Source: Eledone cirrhosa (taxonomy: Eukaryota). From it: a stretch of DNA of 64,000 bases. The stretch is from assembly GCA_964016885.1 (NCBI GenBank), contig OZ024741.1:189348001-189412000 (forward strand). The letters are read 5' to 3'. Below are positions 1-13,924 of this stretch, one piece after another; within the stretch, counting starts at the first letter, position 1; each line of letters starts with the position of its first letter. The notes under the pieces are model-generated. The model ran no database searches, was not told the DNA's origin, and saw only the letters and a program-made list of their open reading frames with translations. The position numbers were made by a program, and so were the translations under genes.

Positions 1-1256
1 TCTCTATCTGCTATTCATCGATCTATCTATCGATTTATCTATTTATTTATCTCTCTATATATTTATATATGTATATGTATGTGTGTATGTCCATATACCT
101 ACCTATCTATCTAAATATGTATACAGATTATAATCATTCATACAAACCCTGGTTTCATCCATTACCATATGGTAACTTCTAAGTAAACAACATGCAGCCT
201 TCTTTCATTCACCAACATGCTAGAAATGGCGACTCTGAAAAAAAGAAACACAAAGTTTTAGAGAACAGAAATACTACATTGAAATCATTTTAATCGTTAA
301 AAAAAATGTAAAACAATTGCACAGAATTCTGATGCCTTCAACTGTTCCTGCTACAACAGCACCAACAGGTCTACAGTCTAAGAAAATCAAGAAGAAAAAA
401 AAGATACAAGAAAAGAAAAAGTATAGACCTACAATTTGTGAAAAAATAAATGCTAGATGATCTGAGAGAATGTTATCTGTAATAGATTCATGTCTTATCC
501 AAGGAAATATTTATCTCTGATTTGCTTCATATGATGGAATTAAAGGCAAGCAGTGGTTATTAAATTGCTTCTGGTCTTACCTAAATAGTATTTATGATTC
601 CACATAGCATGCTCTGTTATTTAGGACTGAAAACATGCCATGCCTTGGGTTCCCATAGAAAAGATGATCAAGAAATTTTGTTGAAATTGAGTTACTAAAT
701 TCTAGTCAAAAGATACAATTACAGTGAAAAGCTATAAATAGCAGCCTAATCTCTCTCAAATCACATCATATATTTTAGAATAAAGAACAATGTATTGGAC
801 CATGTAGTTGTCCCCAATATATAAAAAGGCAACATGGTCACAGTTAGAACATCTTTGATCGTTGGTCAGTTGGATCAGAGTGGACCTGATAAGTCACATT
901 AGACAATGTAGTCTTAGACACAGTACATCTGAATAAAAGAAGAGGGAGTCACAGCTGGAACATCTTGAGTAATAGGTCTGCTGAATCAGATCTGAACTTG
1001 GTTTAAACAACATCACAAATAATAACTAGTAATAATTTTCTTGATCCCAGAAGGATAAAGGCCTATGTCACATCCAGTAAGATTCTCACATAGTGAGACT
1101 CATTAGATTTGTGTGTATCTATACTTCAGGAATGTGATAGATTAATTTGAACAGAGACCATCTACTGCATTGTTTTGTTTTTTGTTTTGTTTTGTTTGCG
1201 TGTTTTTTGTTTTGTTGTTGTTGTTTTCTTTTAAACAAGGTCTTGTTATTTTTCAG

Positions 1257-1490
1257 ATGTTCATTAAGGAATATCCAGAAGTTCCATTTGATGCTATCAC
1301 ATATATGACTGGAGAATGCAATTATGGAGGGCGTGTCACAGATTCCTGGGATAGGCGATGTCTGTTGACCATTCTAGCAGACTTTTACAATCCAGCAGTT
1401 ATAAAGGAAGCCAAGTACAAGTTCTCCTTGAGTGGTATCTACTATGCACCGCAGAAGGGTTCATATGATGATTATGTGGAATTCATTAAG
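1257..1490 (+). CDS. DNAH12: Axonemal dynein heavy chain internal exon (AAA6 lid region), DNAH12-like
   Basis: tttcag|ATG acceptor and AAG|gtaatg donor; 234 nt, phase 0-0. Encodes MFIKEYPEVPFDAITYMTGECNYGGRVTDSWDRRCLLTILADFYN...PQKGSYDDYVEFIK, including the dynein GECNYGGRVTDxWDRR motif. DNAH12 versus DNAH3/7 is assigned from recalled sequence similarity. Confidence 0.9.
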
Positions 1491-1599
1491 GTAATGTCAG
1501 TTTGTTTTATTAATTTTATTAGTATTATTGTTACTAGCAGAAAACGACCCTTCGAGTGGTTTTCTGCTAGCATGTGTAGTGTATTGATATTACACGCAA

Positions 1600-2025
1600 A
1601 TCATCATCATCATTATCATCGTTTAACGTCTATCTTCCACGGTAGCATGGGTTTAGACGGGAATTGTCCCACTTGTGGCAAGATTGGTTGTCTTGCTCGT
1701 ATAGGACTGTCTGGCGGGTTTTCTACGGCTGGATGCCCTTCCTAACACCAACCACGTTTACAGTGTGGACTGGGAGGTTTTTACCGTGTTACCTACACGG
1801 CCACATTACAGCGTGGACTGTGTGATTTTTGTTGTGACACCTACACAACCTCATTTATTTAGGACTGGATGTTGTGGTACCAACATAACTTTACAGAGAA
1901 AGGGGTGGTGTAGATGGGGGTGTAGTTTTGGTTAAGATGTGACTACTGACTGTAGGTTTCACTTTGTACTTAGGCAAGGCGGGTCTTCTGTATTACTGTG
2001 TAGCGCCAAAGATCTCAGTCCAGTG
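1600..2025 (-). mobile_element. RTE LINE 3' fragment
   Basis: (CAT)n tail plus 3' UTR and last codons homologous to the 45223-48519 copy. Confidence 0.85.
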
Positions 2026-2040
2026 AAAAATCCCATTAGA

Positions 2041-2246
2041 AAAATCCCATTAGAAAAATTATACAGTTTTTTAAACTTATGGAGCAATATCAGTTTGTAC
2101 ATTTAGTGCATCTTGAATACCTAAAATAATAAATAAAGAAATCATTATTATTTGTGGTATTCAAGATGTATTGACTGTACACATCGATGTTGCTCCTTAA
2201 ATTTCAAACTGTATTATTTCTTTTTTAATTTTTCTAATAGGATTTT
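2041..2246. repeat. Diverged ~100-bp-arm palindrome
   Basis: aaaatcccattagaaaaatt/aatttttctaataggatttt, ggagcaatatc/gatgttgctcc and catcttgaatacc/ggtattcaagatg pair symmetrically. Confidence 0.8.
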
Positions 2247-2559
2247 GGCATTTTATTTGTTAAGTTTGTTCTTAACATTCTCAAGGGAAACTGTTTAAAA
2301 GTTCTCAATGCTTTCCCTAATTAGAATACATTTAGCTATTAACCACCACATCAACTGACACTAACCTAATCCTGAGTGAAAACGTTAGAAACCAATAATA
2401 TAGAAAACTCTAAAACTGATAGTGGAAGTGTTGAAGCAGGCTCCTTGGTTGCCTATGGAGCTAAAACACTCAGAGGTTCCAGGCATCTGATGTAGAGGCA
2501 GATCCCTGCTGATCATCAAGCTATGAATAAGACCCTTAGTTTAAGAAAAAGAATAAAAT

Positions 2560-4195
2560 AGATGACTCAACATGATAGTTATGAAGTGCTATTATATAAG
2601 CAGCCAGTAAAAGCGGGATATAAAAAAAATAATGTTAAATACCTGGAAAGGACTTGGAATGGAAACAATTGAAGGAAGCAAATTGTCTGGGCAGGTGATC
2701 TCCATTGAAAGTAATGGGTACTTTTTAAAATAAGAGACACTGACATGGAATGATAAAATATAAAGGCAAAAGAAACTATCTGGTTCCATCTCAAAAATGG
2801 AACTCAACATGATGGTAATGAAATGTTACTTCATTAGCAAACCATACAAGAAAGAGTACAGGCAAAGAATGGTTGCAATCTAGAATGAAATAAATATTTC
2901 TAGTGAGAGAACAGAAACTCTTAGAGCAAGCAAGATCTATACAGCAGGTGTAGAAAAATAAATAGGGGACAAAGGTGAATCTGAAATTAATGTAAATCAA
3001 GTTAATGAAGAAACAAAGTGTGACTATTGTAGAGAAGGAGATGAATAGAATAGGGAGAAAATAGAATTAAAAATGAGATAGGGTGGTTGGAGGGATGATG
3101 AGATTGAACGTTTGGGCAAGATACGTTACCAACTGAGGTAAAACGATAACAAGAAGCATGCCAGCCTAAGAACATTTAATAGGAAAGAGATAAAATAAAA
3201 AGTGAAAGAGTTTGACCATGTTATAGAATATGTCTACTGGAGGTAAATAACCTATACAAAGTGGTAGCAGAAGTAGTAGCCAAAGAAGTTGGTTACAAGG
3301 CAAGTAAACCAAGAATGAACAGAGAAATAGCTTGGTGGAAAAGATGAACAGAAAATAGCTTTAAAAGCTTCAGATGAGAAGTAAGCCAACTACAGTCACT
3401 ATAAAAAGTTAAACAAAAGAAAGGAGTCACCAAAACACTAAAGAGAAAATATAATGTGAAAAAGAGAGAAATGACTATTACAATCCAATCAAAGAACTGA
3501 AGCAAAGAGTGACAGCAAAGAAAGCTTAGATAATATGATATGAAAATAGAATAGATAAGTTCTAGCAGACCAGGCTGTTCCAGAATAATGAAAAGAGATT
3601 GTTTGAGAAACTGGAGGGAGTAGAATAGTACAATAATGAAGTACCAGATGCAGAGAGAAGCAATGAGTTTTGGAGTGATATGTGGAGCAAGAAAGTTAGC
3701 CACACTGAGAAGACAGAATGGATAAGAGGAGTAGAAAAAGAACTGAAACAAGTAAAACAGTTATTTGATATAATAATTGTTTCTACTTTTGGCACAAGGC
3801 CAGCAATTATTCCAGTGTATTACTGGTACTTTATTTTATCGACCCCCGTAAGGATGAATAAAATAAAGTACCAGTAATACACTGGAATAATTGCTGGCCT
3901 TGTGCCAAAAGTAGAAACAATTATTATATCAAATAAATAATCACTCCAGAGATCAATACAAAAGAAGTTGCAAAATTATGTAATATGAAGGCATTAGACA
4001 GCTTGCAAGGGTTCTGGTTGAAGAATGTTAAAACATAGAGGCTAGTTAGTGCTGGTGAATCTATTAAATACAAGTCTCCAGAGTGAAAGTACCCAAGATT
4101 GGATGACTAAGGGCAGAAAGTGGCAGAGGTTTGAAACAACAGACCAATAACTTGTCTTGTTCTACCATGGAAACTGTTAACAAGTATATTTGCAC
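2560..4195 (+). mobile_element. Degenerate R4/Dong-like non-LTR retrotransposon fragment
   Basis: Broken frames give GYKK.MLNTW, QTRLFQNNEKRLFEKL, PDAERSNEFWSDMWS..VSH..K.EWI, WMTKGR and RPITCL..WKLLTSI, typical of the R4-clade pre-RT and RT start. Confidence 0.65.
3761..3936. repeat. Perfect palindrome of two Meta/MESC-type SINE 3' ends
   Basis: Arms 3761-3839 and 3858-3936 are exact reverse complements. Confidence 0.9.
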
Positions 4196-4247
4196 ACCTA
4201 GACGCGAGTCTCTGTGTTAACATGTATATGTGAGTCTACATGTTAAC

Positions 4248-4337
4248 GCATTTCTGAGGATCTTCCAATTCCAGAGTCAGAATCGATCATTAATCAATCA
4301 TTCCTCGAGCTGATCGACAGTGAAACATGTAATATGT
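4248..4337 (+). ncRNA. Candidate degenerate hammerhead ribozyme
   Basis: gcattt-CTGAGGA-t...(tcgatca/tgatcga stem)...t-GAAAC-AT-GTA-atatgt; palindromic stem III ACATGT, imperfect stem I. Confidence 0.45.
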
Positions 4338-4737
4338 AATTAAATATGTATATGATGCAACACTAATTCTTTCTTTATGAACATATTTAAATGAAAATAG
4401 AAGTCTGGATTCTAATATATATCCTTTAATGTTTCATAAGAACACAATAAATATTTCTATGGCCAGCAGCTTACATCATCATATCATGGTGAAAGACATC
4501 CAACAACATTGTCAGGTATAAAATAATAATAAAGATTTAGTAATCAGCTTCTAGGTTACGGCAAAATATAAACAGATAATTAATACAGAGGTGATCCATC
4601 AATTGATGCAAACGTTGTGACAGATGGCCCCTTATATATATATAGGTGAATAGTGTTGTTTTTATTGTCTAAACATCCACATCTATGTATATATGTATAT
4701 CTGTATAAATATATACACATGTATGTATATAAATATA

Positions 4738-4792
<55 letters not shown>

Positions 4793-4794
<2 letters not shown>

Positions 4795-7117
4795 CATCAT
4801 CATCATCATCATCATCAGGTTTAGCGTCCGTGTTCCACGCTTGCATGGGTTTGGACGGGGGTTTTCCCACTTGAGGCAAGAGTGGTTGTCTTGCTCGCAT
4901 AGGACGGGTTTTCTACAGCTGGATGCCCTTCCTAACACCAACCACATTTACAGTGTGGGGCTGGGAGGTTTTTACCGTGTTGCCTACACGGCCACATTAC
5001 AGCGTGGACTGTCTGGCGGGTTTTCTACAGCTGGATGCCCTTCCTAACACCAACCACATTTACAGTGTGGGGCTGGGAGGTTTTTACCGTGTTGCCTACA
5101 CGGCCACATTTACAGCGTGGACTGTGTGTTTTTTGTCGTGACACCTACACGATCTCATTTGTTTCGGCCTGGATGTTGTGGGACCAACATAACTTTACAT
5201 TGAAAGGGGCGGTGTGGAGGGACGGGGGTGTGTTTTGATAGAGGTGCCTACTGACTGTAGTAGGTTTTTACTTTGTATTTAGGTAAGGCGGGTCTTCTCT
5301 ATTACTGAGTACCGCCAAAGGTCTCGGTCCAGTGACAGTGTCTTGGAGAGGTGTAAGCGTGTGAGGTCGGAATTTATCAGCTCGTCCCATGTTTTTCTGG
5401 GTCTGCCTACTCCGTGGCTACCGTCTATCTTTATTGCCCTGCACTTTGTTATACAGCTATCGACTTTCATGCGCATCACGTGACCATACCAACGTAGCCT
5501 TCTCTCGAGTAAACAACATCTGATCCCTCTTATTTCTAATTTTTTCCTTAGTTCGTTTATGCTTTGCCGTTCACGTATATTACTATTGCACATCCAGCGG
5601 AGCATGCAAGCTTCGTTCCTCTCTAGTCTGCGTATATCCTCTGCACACAATGCCCAGGTCTCACTGCCATGCAGCATTGCTGTTCGTATGCAGGCATCGT
5701 ATAACCTGCCTTTCATTTTTAGGGAGAACCCTCTAGCGGCTAATAGTGGTATAAGCTCTCTGAACTTTTTCCATCCAGTTCTGACTCTAGCTACTGTACT
5801 TTCAGAGCACCCTCCCCCACTGCTGATTTTGTCACCCAGATAACGGAAGCTGTCCACTATTTCTATAGAACCCTCTGCGCAGTTGAAGGAGCTAGTATTT
5901 TGTGGGCACTTGCTGCTACTTATTGCACCAGAGCACCGGCCACATGTAAAATCTATGTTCTTAGTTAGCTTACCTGTGATCCCACTACATCTTTTATGCA
6001 CCCATACTTTGCATTTGGGACATAAAATGGAGTTTCTACCTACGCCTTTCCTACACACTGAGCATGGCCATTTCCCCGATGGGACCGCCGCCTTATTTTC
6101 TTTCCTACAAACTAGAACTTTAGTCTTAGCCAGGTTAATTTTAAGGCCTTTTGATTCTAGGCCGTGCTTCCACGTTTGGAATTTCTTCTCTAGTTCGGTC
6201 ATTGATTCAGCTATGAGCGTTAGATCATCTGCGTATAGGAGTTCCCATGGGCAGCCGGTCTTGAACTCCTCTGTTATAGCCTGAAGGGCAATAATAAATA
6301 GTAGGGGGCTAAGTACAGAGCCCTGATGGACACCAACTTTTACGCTAAACTCTTCACTATATTCGTTGTTAATTCTAACCTTACTGACTGTTTCTTTATA
6401 CATGGCTTGTATAGCTCTCACAAGCCATTCGTCAACACCTAGTTTTCTAAGAGACCACCAGATAATGGAACGGGGGACTCTGTCGAAGGCTTTCTCCAAG
6501 TCGACAAAAGCTAAGTATAGGGGTTTACTTTTAGCTAGGTACTTCTCCTGTATTTGTCGTACAATGAAAAGAGCGTCTGTGGTACTTTTGCCTGACACAA
6601 ACCCGAACTGCATTTCATCTAGATCAATTCTCTCTCTGATTAGTTGCGCTATTACTTTTTCCGTGACCTTCATGACCTGGTCGATTAATTTAATGCCTCT
6701 ATAGTTACTCCTATCTAGGGCATCTCCTTTTCCCTTATAGCAGTTAACGATGATGCTGCTACGCCATTCCTTCGGAACAACCCCATTCTGTACGACTTGG
6801 TTAACTATCCGGGTGACCATGGTGTGTCCCACCGAACCAGATGCCTTCAGCATCTCAGCAACTATTTCCGAAGGCCCAGCCGCCTTACCCGTCTTCATAT
6901 CTTTGATTGCCTTACTTATTATACTACCTTCAACTAACACTGCTGGTCCCTCTATTGGATCGATCTGGGGGAGACTGTCTTTCTCCCATTTGTTCTCCTC
7001 ATTTAGAAGCCTTTCGTAGTGACACTTCCAAGCTACCTTCTTATCAGCGTCGGTGATGGCAAGTATGCCATCATCGTTAAGTACACACTTCTCCCCGACA
7101 ATATCACGGTTTTCCTT

Positions 7118-7120
<3 letters not shown>
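4793..7120 (-). mobile_element. RTE-clade LINE, 5'-truncated (subfamily 1), intact RT ORF 5279-6940
   Basis: RT motifs FVDLEKAFD, QGSVLSP, YADD, FRYLG; (CAT)n tail; ~112-bp tandem duplication in the 3' UTR; (TA)n on both sides. Confidence 0.95.
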
Positions 7121-7163
<43 letters not shown>

Positions 7164-7173
<10 letters not shown>

Positions 7174-7570
7174 CAAGGGAGTGTAAACACAGAAAATATC
7201 TTAAAAAATAATAATAAATAATTAAATTCCAAAAAATTCACTGTACTTACTATATATGCGTTTACCACGGTATATTCTCTGAGAGAGAAAAGCCTTCTGA
7301 CGATGATCTCTTTCTCAATGGAAATCCACTTGGATTGTCTATTTTGGGGGGATCTGAAACCGCGGTAAAGGCACATATAGTAAGTACAGTGAATTTTTTG
7401 GAATTTAATTATTTATTATTATTTTTTAAGATATTTTCTGTGTTTACACTCCCTTGATTTTATATGTTCTGGCTTGTTAATTTATTAACTTGCTATTAAA
7501 CCGCACTGGCAGGCGGACAATACTTGTATCCTTGTATGTATTAATTACATATAGGACACATACTTTTATT
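7164..7570 (+). mobile_element. Penelope-like pseudo-LTR fragment with 5' inversion
   Basis: 7164-7271 is the reverse complement of 7359-7465; contains a hammerhead; bounded by (TA)n on both sides. Confidence 0.7.
7292..7372 (+). ncRNA. Type-I hammerhead ribozyme
   Basis: GCCTT-CTGACGA-t-GATCTC...GGGATC-t-GAAAC-CGCG-GTA-AAGGC; stem I GCCTT/AAGGC, palindromic stem III ACCGCGGT, predicted cleavage after 7367. Confidence 0.85.
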
Positions 7571-7584
7571 ATATATATATATAT

Positions 7585-7967
7585 CGTCATCATCATCATA
7601 ACTGTTTTACATCTGTTCTTCCATGCTAGCATGGGTTAGACAGGTTGTCCTGTTGTGGGAAGTGTCCAGTCGGCTGACCATGTCTTGCTCATACGGGAAC
7701 TGATTCTACAGCTGGATGCCCTTCCTAACACCAACCTCATTTACAGTGTGGGCTGGGTGCTTTTTTGCCATGGCACCTCCACAACCAGTTTGCAATGGAA
7801 TGATATGGACCCCAGTCCTATCATCTCATTTCTACAGCTGAGTAAACTGGGGCAATTTGAAATAAAGTGTCTTGCTCAAAGAAACAACACATCACCCAGT
7901 CTGAGAATTGAACTCACAACCTTTCGATTGCAAGCCCAATACTCTAACCACTAAGCCATGCGCCTTC

Positions 7968-7969
<2 letters not shown>
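7585..7969 (-). mobile_element. tRNA-derived SINE with RTE-derived 3' tail
   Basis: On the minus strand: A box TGGCTTAGTGG, B box GAGTTCAATTC, central ttgagcaagacactt domain, then RTE 3' end and (GAT)n. Related copies at 15337-15679 (-), 27673-28750 (+), 40026-40390 (+). Confidence 0.8.
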
Positions 7970-8012
<43 letters not shown>

Positions 8013-8017
<5 letters not shown>

Positions 8018-8899
8018 TTTGGCCCAAAAGTAAGGGTATTGATGTTTTATATAAATGTATATTAGACATACATGAAATTATCTCCTTCAAAATATGATCC
8101 TTGGGAAGTCACATGGTGGTTCCAACGTTTTTTCCATTAATCATAACAGTACCAGAAGTCATTTTCTGTGAGTGTCCTTAGCTCATCGGTTACAATTTAC
8201 TGTATGTTTTCCACAGTCCCAAAATGATGACCCTTCAACTTTGATTTCAACTTAGGGAAGAGATAGAAATCACATGGAGCTAGATCTAGGCTGCTAGGCT
8301 GTAGAGAGGATGTGGAAGAGTGGGAATGTTTGTCTTCACTAGAAATTCTCTAATTGAAAGTACTGTGTGAGCAGGCATGTTATCATGGTGCAATACCCAA
8401 TCTTTTGCAATGTCCTCTAGGACATGCTGAAACCGTTTCTGAAATGTTCTGAGACATCCTTGCAGAGGGTGTGATTAAAACATCACCGTTTGCACCACTT
8501 CCACATTTTGTTCATTTGTTGATGAGATTGGCCTTCCAGAACAAGGTTGGCCTTCAACTTTATGTCATTTAAAAACCTTATTCTTGACAGACTAGCATGT
8601 CCATAAGCTTGTGTTAAAGTGTTAAAGAATTAAATGTTTTGGTGACAGATTTGTTGAGTTTCATACAAAATTTGATTGCATACTATTGTTCGATATTTTC
8701 CTCCATCGCAAATGTAACAGAGGTTATAAACACATCTGTACATAAATAGCAATAACTCAGAATTGACTCAATTGATCATGTTGAAACAAGCATGTATGTG
8801 CAGCTAATGTCATAACCAACATGCCTACATACATTGAGGTGCTGCTTTACCATATCATACATAGGAAAATCAGTACCCTTACTTTTTGGACAGACCTCA
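8013..8899 (-). mobile_element. Internally deleted mariner-like DNA transposon
   Basis: ~30-bp TIRs (ggtttggcccaaaagtaagggtattga / tcagtacccttactttttggacagacc), TA at the right end, minus-strand remnants HHDN, SLDLAPCDF, RW....SQGSYFE. Confidence 0.8.
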
Positions 8900-9404
8900 T
8901 AAATTTATGTTGTTGGCAAAAACAATGTTTACTTATGTTGTCATTCTCCACTACTTGCACTTGTGCACTTAATACCCCTGGGTAACACAAAGTGGTTGTT
9001 ACATGACAGTGAAGTTTTATTATAAAAGAGAGATAGGGAGCTAGGGGCATTAATCAATTGTTGTAACTGGCAGATTAAATACAAGACAAACTGATCTGAT
9101 ATTCTTGGAAAGAGAGGCCAATAGAGAACAGCAGGGAACACAACCACATGCACAAACGCACAAATACATATAAACACTTACAAATACATACATACACATA
9201 CACACACTTTCATATGCTCACACACATACACACAAACTCATAAACATGCACATTCAAACACTTTCACATGCTCACACACATACACACGCAGTGTAAATCG
9301 AAAATTTCTAAGTCTTCCATTCAACTCCTTCTTATTTCCTTTCATAATCTCAACATATAACTGTGGACTGGATTATTATTACTCTCTATAGTCATGTATG
9401 ATAT

Positions 9405-10059
9405 TACACACACACACACACAGACATACACACACACACACACACAGACATACACACACACACACAGAGACAGACATACACACACACAGACACACACACA
9501 CACACAGACAGACATAGACAGACACAGATACACTCACAGATACACACACACAGACACACACACATACAGATACACACACACATACACACACACATACACA
9601 CACACATACACACACACATACACACACACACACACACAGACATACACACACACACACACACACAGACACACACACAGACAGACAGACATAGACAGACACA
9701 GATACACACACATAGACACACACACATACATACACACACACACACACATAGACACACACACACACACAGACATACACACACACAGACACACGCACACACA
9801 CAGACACACGCACACACAATCACAGATACACACATACAGACACACACACACACAGACACACACACAGACAGACACACTCACAGATACACACACACACAGA
9901 CACACACACAGACACACACAGACACACGCACACACATACAAACACACACACACAGACACACACACATACAGATACACACAGGCAGACACACACACTCACA
10001 GATACACACACACACACAGACAGACACACACGCACTCACAGATACACACACCCACACAG

Positions 10060-10090
<31 letters not shown>

Positions 10091-11005
10091 GATACAAACA
10101 GACACAGACACACTGACAAAAACACAGACACACACATGCACAGAACACAAACACCCACACATGCATACACCACCATTTTTTCTTTCTCTTCCTCTATCAC
10201 ATTCAATCTCTTTTTTAGCCTCTCTCTCTCCTTCTCTAGCACTCTCTCCCTCTTACTCTCTCTCTCTCTCTTTCTTCCTACCTCTCTCCCTATTACACTC
10301 CTCTCGTTTTCTAGCTCTCTCCCTCTCTCTCTCTTCCTCTCCTTCTTTCTCTCTCTCTCTCTCCCTGTCTCTCTTCCTCTCCTTCCTTCTCTCTCTCTCT
10401 CTCCCTGTCTCTCTCCCTATTACACTCCTCTCGCTTTCTAGCTCTCTCTCTCTCTCTCCCTCTTTCTCTCTCCTCTCCCTCTCTCTATCTCTCTCCCTCT
10501 CTCTCACCAGCTACTATATTCCATATCACACATTTCTTTGTTTATTCCCTTCATGTAATATTTACCAAAGTGTGTATGTGATGTTTGTGTTGTGTGTGTG
10601 TTGTGTGTGTGTGTGTGTGTGTATGTGTTTTGTGTGCGTTTGCATATGTGTACGTCTGTGTTAAGTAGGAATCAAAGGAAAGCTGAAACTGTCACAGACA
10701 TAATCTTTATTTACAAATACCTTCATGTCTTTGGCAGGTTTTTTTATGATGGTGATAGGAATGATGATGATGATGGTGGTGGTGATGGTGATGATGATAT
10801 AATGATGATGATGATAATGATGGTGATATGGATGATGATGATGGTGTTGGTGATGAGGGTGGTGGAGATGATGATATAATGATGGTGATGATGATAATGA
10901 TGGTGATATGTATGATGGTGATGATGATGGTGTTGGTGATGAGGGTGGTGGAGATGATGGATATGATGATATTGATGGTGATGATGATGATGATGATGAT
11001 GATGG
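9405..11005. repeat. Compound microsatellite block: (CA)n-rich 9405-10170, (CT)n 10215-10505, (GAT)n 10748-11005
   Basis: Direct inspection; accounts for the many spurious low-complexity ORFs. Confidence 0.95.
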
Positions 11006-11026
11006 AGATAATTGTTTCTACGTTAG

Positions 11027-11182
11027 GCACAAGGCCAGCAATTACCCAGTGCATTACTGGTACTTTATTTTATCGACCCCGTAAGGATGAAAGACAAAGT
11101 CAACCTCGGCGGGATTTGAACTCAGTCCGTAAAGGGACGTAACTATGCTGGAAAGCATGGCGTCCGACCCTCTACCGATTGG
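11027..11182 (-). mobile_element. Meta/MESC-type tRNA-derived SINE
   Basis: Same family as 50426-50618. Confidence 0.85.
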
Positions 11183-11930
11183 AGATAATGCTGGGGATTA
11201 TGATATGGTAATGGTTGTTGTTGATGGTGGAGTTGGTGGTGGAGATGGTGGTGGAGATGGTGTTGCTGCAGATTTGTCTGTGTTTGGTATAGGTGTGTAT
11301 TTGGTGACACTGTGGGTTTGGTGACACTGTGAGATTGAGTATTGGGTTAAAAGAAGATTCTATGTTTTTAATAGTTTTTATATGTCAACTACTTCCCTCC
11401 TCTCCCTCATGCTGTTCATTTTGGGGGACTATATTATGCAATCCAATAATGGAACACTGGAAAATGTTGGTGAGGGATGGAAATTTTCAAATACGAAATT
11501 GCTCCTTAGGGATAAAAATTCAAGGGTCATTCCCATTGAAAATAGAAAATACATGACCATATTCTCTAGCATGACATTTCGTGGAATGGGTTAGCAGGTA
11601 ATAAATGACAATTTTCAAGAATGAAGTGTGGGCTGGCTGATTTAAAAAAAAGTAACATACTACTACTACCACTACTACTGCAACTGTTGATGCTGCTGCT
11701 AATAATAATGATTTCGTTATTAACCACAATGAGTTCACATGAAGAAAAAATTAAGTGCGGTAGAGTAAAAAAACTGATTGTCTGTAGTGGTGGTGGCGGG
11801 GGGGGGGGGGGTCTTGTGTGAAAACAGGAGAGAAAACAAAAACAAAAAAGATAATAAAATTATAACAAAGTTCTGGAATAGGGAAGAGACATCTGTGGGC
11901 CACTCATAAAACCACATTTAATTCGACCAC

Positions 11931-12144
11931 TAACCCTTTAGCATTTAAACCGGCCGTATCCGGCTAGAATTCTCTCACCTCTTTCTGTTCAAACTGGCTG
12001 TAACCAACCACTCCATACTGATGTTAAGATATTGTTCTCAAAATAAATATCAAAATCTCATAGATTTGATATTATGTGAGGTAAAGCCTTTACCATGGAA
12101 ATACTATAGTATATATATAGAGAAATGTATGTGTTAAAGGGTTA
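11931..12144. mobile_element. piggyBac-like MITE
   Basis: Ends taaccctttagcat / gttaaagggtta; inverted homolog at 31776-31984. Confidence 0.65.
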
Positions 12145-13432
12145 TGGTAAGTGACTTCTCCCAGTTCTTCTGCTCCAATTTACAGGTGTATATTCAAAGT
12201 AGGCCTGTTGACTTTGACCATGCTTGCTACTCTTGCCCACCTTTCAAAATGGATGGAAGATAGCACTTCCTTCTCCACCTTGATTTTCCTCTTAAATTAA
12301 TGAGGGATTGACTAAAGAGGAAAGTCTCTGTCTTCAGTCCTTTTCATCTTGTCCATGATATGGGTTCTTTTGCCACCAGACATAAGAAAACTGCTCACTC
12401 TTCCCTATTAAAGAAAAGTGGTAGGGCAATCTTAACGGTCCCTAGACTAACTCTCTACTCACTATCGTGACTGATTTGGCCACCCCCATGAGTGAGCCCC
12501 ACAAATTTGAATTATTATTTTAACACATTTCCTTCACCATTCTCTGAGGAAACATCTGTCCACTGGTTCAACGCGGCAACCAGTGCCTGGTGCCCTGCAC
12601 ACCAGATAGTGCTCCCTCACACTATTTGGACCCATATCATTGGGACAGGTGTGTTTGAATTCATTTTTGGTATTACACACCACACTATATAAACATTAAT
12701 ACACCGCATTGCTTACCTGCTCCATCGATGACTGAAGCATCTAATATTCAAACTAATAGAGTAAAAGTTATTAAAACGCAAATATAAAGTTTACAGTTTG
12801 TAATTAAATTGTAGATGAAATATTTTTAAAAATGAAGATAAAAAATACAAATTAAGATGCAAAAAAATTAAAGCAACAAATACATCTTCACAGTGGACTT
12901 GGTTAATAGCTGGATTTGTCATTCATACGACAACAGTTTTTCAACATAACTCAGAATATCAGCAATACACAGGCATTGAATGAGTGCATGCAAAACAATT
13001 TCATTACTCTGTGCACATTTTAGTCAGATCCATTTGACAGCTCTTCCATGCCTGATGAGTTTATCTTGAACCAACAATGCTCCCCCAATAGCACTGCTGG
13101 GCCAGAGATTTCTGGAAAATATTCATAATCCTCCAGGCTGAAAGTCCACCATAACAGACCAGCTAGTTCATTCTCATTGACACCTAGGACTTACCCAAGA
13201 ATATTATCATGCTTTCCCACCACTAATCCTCTATAGATTGCTATTGTAAAACTTTTTAACATTGGCAGAAGGCCAGTAATTTGTTGGGGAGGGGAAGTTT
13301 GGTTATAGCAACTTCCAGAACTCAACGGGAAATATATTTTATTGATCCCAGAAGGATGAGAGGCAAGTTTGACCTTCGTGGGATTTGAACTCAGTAGAAA
13401 GTCAGAACTAAATACTGCAAATATTTTGTCAT

Positions 13433-13626
13433 AATAATTGTTTCTACTCTTTGGTACAAAGCCAGCAATTATCCAGTGCATTACTGGTACTTTATTTTAT
13501 CGACCCCGTAAGGATGAAAGGCAAAGTTAACCTCGGCGGGATTCGAACTCAGAATGGCAATTGCCGTAACTCTATGTGTCAGAGCATAGCGTCCGACCCT
13601 CTACCGATACTGCCAATCCACCGCCC
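13433..13626 (-). mobile_element. Meta/MESC-type SINE, full length
   Basis: Begins GGCGGTGGATTGGCAGTATCGG on the minus strand, B box GAGTTCGAATCC, family 3' end. Confidence 0.85.
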
Positions 13627-13750
13627 TTTTTGTCATATTTTGCCATAATAATAACTGTTTATGGAATATGGAAATATTTAATTTCTATATATATTACACA
13701 CAGCGAATTTTCTCTCGGTTTTAATAAATGTCCTTACCTTTTCTCTCTCT

Positions 13751-13839
<89 letters not shown>

Positions 13840-13924
13840 AAAATGGAACGGGAACAAAATAGAGAGGCAGTACAAACAAATATATATATAAAAGAAAATT
13901 GTCGCTCTACATGGCTGAATACAA

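Noticed and set aside
1170-1745. 191-aa standalone gene
   Set aside because: Only 1257-1490 is dynein-like and bounded by AG/GT; the rest is intron and LINE UTR.
5559-7019. Antisense ORFs over the RTE copies
   Set aside because: Shadow frames of the LINE ORF with no independent motifs.
9342-11142. Many His/Thr-, Cys/Val- and Met/Asp-rich ORFs
   Set aside because: Translations of (CA)n, (CT)n and (GAT)n microsatellites.
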